From positions 1 to 64,000 of the forward strand of contig JAUCBJ010003287.1 of NCBI GenBank assembly GCA_032718475.1: a stretch of 64,000 nt of DNA, written 5' to 3'. The notes under the pieces were generated by a model. The model saw only the letters and a list, made by a program, of their open reading frames with translations, did no database searches and was not told the origin of the DNA. Shown in pieces: positions 60,401-64,000 of this stretch. This stretch comes from Nemertoderma westbladi. Its lineage: Eukaryota; Animalia; Xenacoelomorpha. The position numbers were made by a program, and so were the translations under genes. The first letter of the stretch is position 1, and each line of letters begins with the position of its first letter.

Positions 60401-63400
60401 GTAGGTGTAGGTATTGGATGAGGTGGTTAACAACCCCCTCTCACCGAAGCATTGAGGGGTTGGGCCGTAGGTGTAGGTATTGGATGAGGTGGTTAACAAC
60501 CCCCTCTCACATAAATGTACGAAGCATTGAGGGGTAGGGCCGTAGGTGTAGGTATTGGATGAGGTGGTTAACAACCCCCTCTCACCGAAGCATTGAGGGG
60601 TAGGGCCGTAGGTGTAGGTATTGGATGAGGTGGTTAACAACCCCCTCTCACCTAAATGTATGAAGCATTGAGGGGTAGGGCCGTAGGTGTAGGTATTGGA
60701 TGAGGTGTGTTAACAACCCCCTCTCACCTAAATGTATGAAGCATTGAGGGGTAGGGCCGTAGGTGTAGGTATTGGATGAGGTGGTTAACAACCCCCTCTC
60801 ACCTAAATGTATGAAGCATTGAAGGGTAGGGCCGTAGGTGTAGGTATTGGATGTGGTGGGTTAACAACCCCCTCTCACCTAAATGTATGAAGCATTGTGG
60901 GGTAGGGCCGTAGGTGTAGGTATTGGATGAGGTGGTTAACAACCCCCTCTCACCTAAATGTATGAAGTATTGAGGGGTAGGGCCGTAGGTGTAGGTATTG
61001 GATGAGGTGGTTAACAACCCCCTCTCACCGAAGCACTGAGGGGTAGGGCCGTAGGTGTAGGTATTGGATGAGGTGGGTTAACAACCCCCTCTCACCTAAA
61101 TGTATGAAGCATTGAGGGGTAGCGCCGTAGGTGTAGGTATTGGATGAGGTGGGTTAACAACCCCCTCTCACCTAAATGTATGAAGCATTGAGGGGTAGGG
61201 CCGTAGGTGTAGGTATTGGATGAGGTGGTTAACAACCCCCTCTCACCGAAGCATTGAGGGGTAGGGCCGTAGGTGTAGGTATTGGATGAGGTGGTTAACA
61301 ACCCCCTCTCACCTAAATGTATGAAGCATTGAGGGGTAGGGCCGTAGGTGTAGGTATTGGATGAGGTGGTTAACAACCCCCTCTCACCGAAGCATTGAGG
61401 GGTAGGGCCGTAGGTGTAGGTATTGGATGAGGTGGATTAACAACCCCCTCTCACCTAAATGTATGAAGCATTGAGGGGTAGGGCCGTAGGTGTAGGTATT
61501 GAATGAGGTGGGTTAACAACCCCCTCTCACCGAAGCATTGAGGGGTAGGGCCGTAGGTGTAGGTATTGGATGAGGTGATTAACAACCCCCTCTCACCGAA
61601 GCATTGAGGGGTAGGGCTGTAGGTGTAGGTATTGGATGAGGTGATTAACAACCCCCTCTCACCTAAATGTATGAAGCATTGAGGGGTAGGGCCGTAGGTG
61701 TAGGTATTGGATGAGGTGGTTAACAACCCCCTCTCACCGAAGCATTGAGGGGTAGGGCCGTAGGTGTAGGTATTGGATGAGGTGGATTAACAACCCCCTC
61801 TCACCTAAATGCATGAAGCATTGAAGGGTAGGGCCGTAGGTGTAGGTATTGGATGAGGTGATTAACAACCCCCTCTCACCTAAATGTATGAAGCATTGAG
61901 GGGTAGGGCCGTAGGCGAAGGTATTGGATGAGGTGGTTAACAACCCCCTCTCACCTAAATGTATGAAGCATTGAAGGGTAGGGCCGTAGGTGTAGGTATT
62001 GGCTGAGGTGGTTAACAACCCCCTCTCACCTAAATGTATGAAGCATTGAGGGGTAGGGCCGTAGGTGTAGGTATTGGATGAGGTGGTTAACAACCCCCTC
62101 TCACATAAATGTACGAAGCATTGAGGGGTAGGGCCGTAGGTGTAGGTATTGGATGAGGTGGTTAACAACCCCCTCTCACCGAAGCATTGAGGGGTAGGGC
62201 CGTAGGTGTAGGTATTGGATGAGGTGGTTAACAACCCCCTCTCACATAAATGTACGAAGCATTGAGGGGTAGGGCCGTAGGTGTAGGTATTGGATGAGGT
62301 GGTTAACAACCCCCTCTCACCGAAGCATTGAGGGGTAGGGCCGTAGGTGTAGGTATTGGATGAGGTGGTTAACAACCCCCTCTCACCTAAATGTATGAAG
62401 CATTGAAGGGTAGGGCCGTAGGTGTAGGTATTGGCTGAGGTGGTTAACAACCCCCTCTCACCTAAATGTATGAAGCATTGAGGGGTAGGGCCGTAGGTGT
62501 AGGTATTGGCTGAGGTGATTAACAACCCCCTCTCACCTAAATGTATGAAGCATTGAGGGGTAGGGCCGTAGGTGTAGGTATTGGATGAGGTGGTTAACAA
62601 CCCCCTCTCACCGAAGCATTGAGGGGTAGGGCCGTAGGTGTAGGTATTGGATGAGGTGGTTAACAACCCCCTCTCACCTAAATGTATGAAGCATTGAGGG
62701 GTAGGGCCGTAGGTGTAGGTATTGGATGAGGTGGTTAACAACCCCCTCTCACCGAAGCATTGAGGGGTAGGGCCGTAGGTGTAGGTATTGGATGAGGTGG
62801 ATTAACAACCCCCTCTCACCTAAATGTATGAAGCATTGAGGGGTAGGGCCGTAGGTGTAGGTATTGAATGAGGTGGGTTAACAACCCCCTCTCACCGAAG
62901 CATTGAGGGGTAGGGCCGTAGGTGTAGGTATTGGATGAGGTGATTAACAACCCCCTCTCACCGAAGCATTGAGGGGTAGGGCCGTAGGCGTAGGTATTGG
63001 ATGAGGTGATTAACAACCCCCTCTCACCTAAATGTATGAAGCATTGAGGGGTAGGGCCGTAGGTGTAGGTATTGGATGAGGTGGTTAACAACCCCCTCTC
63101 ACCAAAGCATTGAGGGGTAGGGCCGTAGGTGTAGGTATTGGATGAGGTGGTTAACAACCCCCTCTCACCTAAATGTATGAAGCATTGAAGGGTAGGGCCG
63201 TAGGTGTAGGTATTGGATGAGGTGATTAACAACCCCCTCTCACCTAAATGTATGAAGCATTGAGGGGTAGGGCCGTAGGTGTAGGTATTGGATGAGGTGG
63301 TTAACAACCCCCTCTCACCTAAATGTATGAAGCATTGAAGGGTAGGGCCGTAGGTGTAGGTATTGGCTGAGGTGGTTAACAACCCCCTCTCACCTAAATG

Positions 63401-64000
63401 TATGAAGCATTGAGGGGTAGGGCCGTAGGTGTAGGTATTGGATGAGGTGGTTAACAACCCCCTCTCACCTAAATGTATGAAGCATTGAGGGGTAGGGCCG
63501 TAGGTGTAGGTATTGGATGAGGTGGTTAACAACCCCCTCTCACCTAAATGTATGAAGCATTGAGGGGTAGGGCCGTAGGTGTAGGTATTGGATGAGGTGG
63601 GTTAACAACCCCCTCTCACCGAAGCATTGAGGGGTAGGGCCGTAGGTGTAGGTATTGTATGAAGTGGGTTAACAACCCCCTCTCACCGAAGCATTGAGGG
63701 GTAGGGCCGTAGGTGTAGGTATTGAATGAGGTGGGTTAACAACCCCCTCTCACCGAAGCATTGAGGGGTAGGGCCGTAGGTGTAGGTATTGGGTGAGGTG
63801 GGTTAACAACCCCCTCTCACCGAAGCATTGAGGGGTAGGGCCGTAGGTGTAGGTATTGGATGAGGTGGGTTAACAACCCCCTCTCACCTAAATGTATGAA
63901 GCATTGAGGGGTAGGGCCGTAGGTGTAGGTATTGGATGAGGTGGTTAACAACCCCCTCTCACCTAAATTATGAAGCATTGAAGGGTAGGGCCGTAGGTGT
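21416..64000. repeat. Satellite DNA array, >42 kb, monomers of 75/76 bp and 66/67 bp, running off the window end
   Basis: Consensus GTTAACAACCCCCTCTCACC[TAAATGTAT]GAAGCATTGAGGGGTAGGGCCGTAGGTGTAGGTATTGGATGAGGTG[G]. All monomers are head-to-tail in one orientation; roughly 580-600 monomers by length estimate. Confidence 0.99.

Noticed and set aside
21214-63532. About 85 minus-strand ORFs encoding LTTSSNTYTYGPTPQCFIHLGERG repeats (up to 407 aa)
   Set aside because: They arise because 75- and 66-bp monomers are multiples of 3 and lack a stop in one frame. Most start at TTG, and the frequent 76/67-bp monomers break them at random. There is no sign of selection for coding.
21416-64000. CRISPR-like array
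   Set aside because: There are no unique spacers, the whole monomer is repeated, no cas genes are present, and the context is eukaryotic.

Overview
Eukaryotic, most likely bilaterian invertebrate, AT-rich genomic DNA. The first 21.4 kb holds: (i) a (GTC)n microsatellite followed by a 315-bp tandem repeat carrying ten co-oriented CTCF-like sites, and a 13-bp minisatellite; (ii) two tandem intronless amidinotransferase-superfamily genes with arginine dihydrolase (ArgZ-like) motifs; (iii) a probable terminal exon ending in an SxLP motif; (iv) a 7.3-kb, apparently young, poly(A)-tailed APE-RT LINE whose ORF1 contains a Ulp1/SENP-like (C48) protease domain and which is flanked by a 485-bp direct repeat with no mismatch by eye, read as a giant target-site duplication; (v) an intronless AQP8-like aquaporin; (vi) degraded TE fragments and G/C homopolymers. 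From about 21.4 kb to the window end is one 75/76 + 66/67-bp satellite array with higher-order structure; its many ORFs are artefacts. Coordinates and identities were read by eye and family assignments rest on remembered motifs; no search was run.
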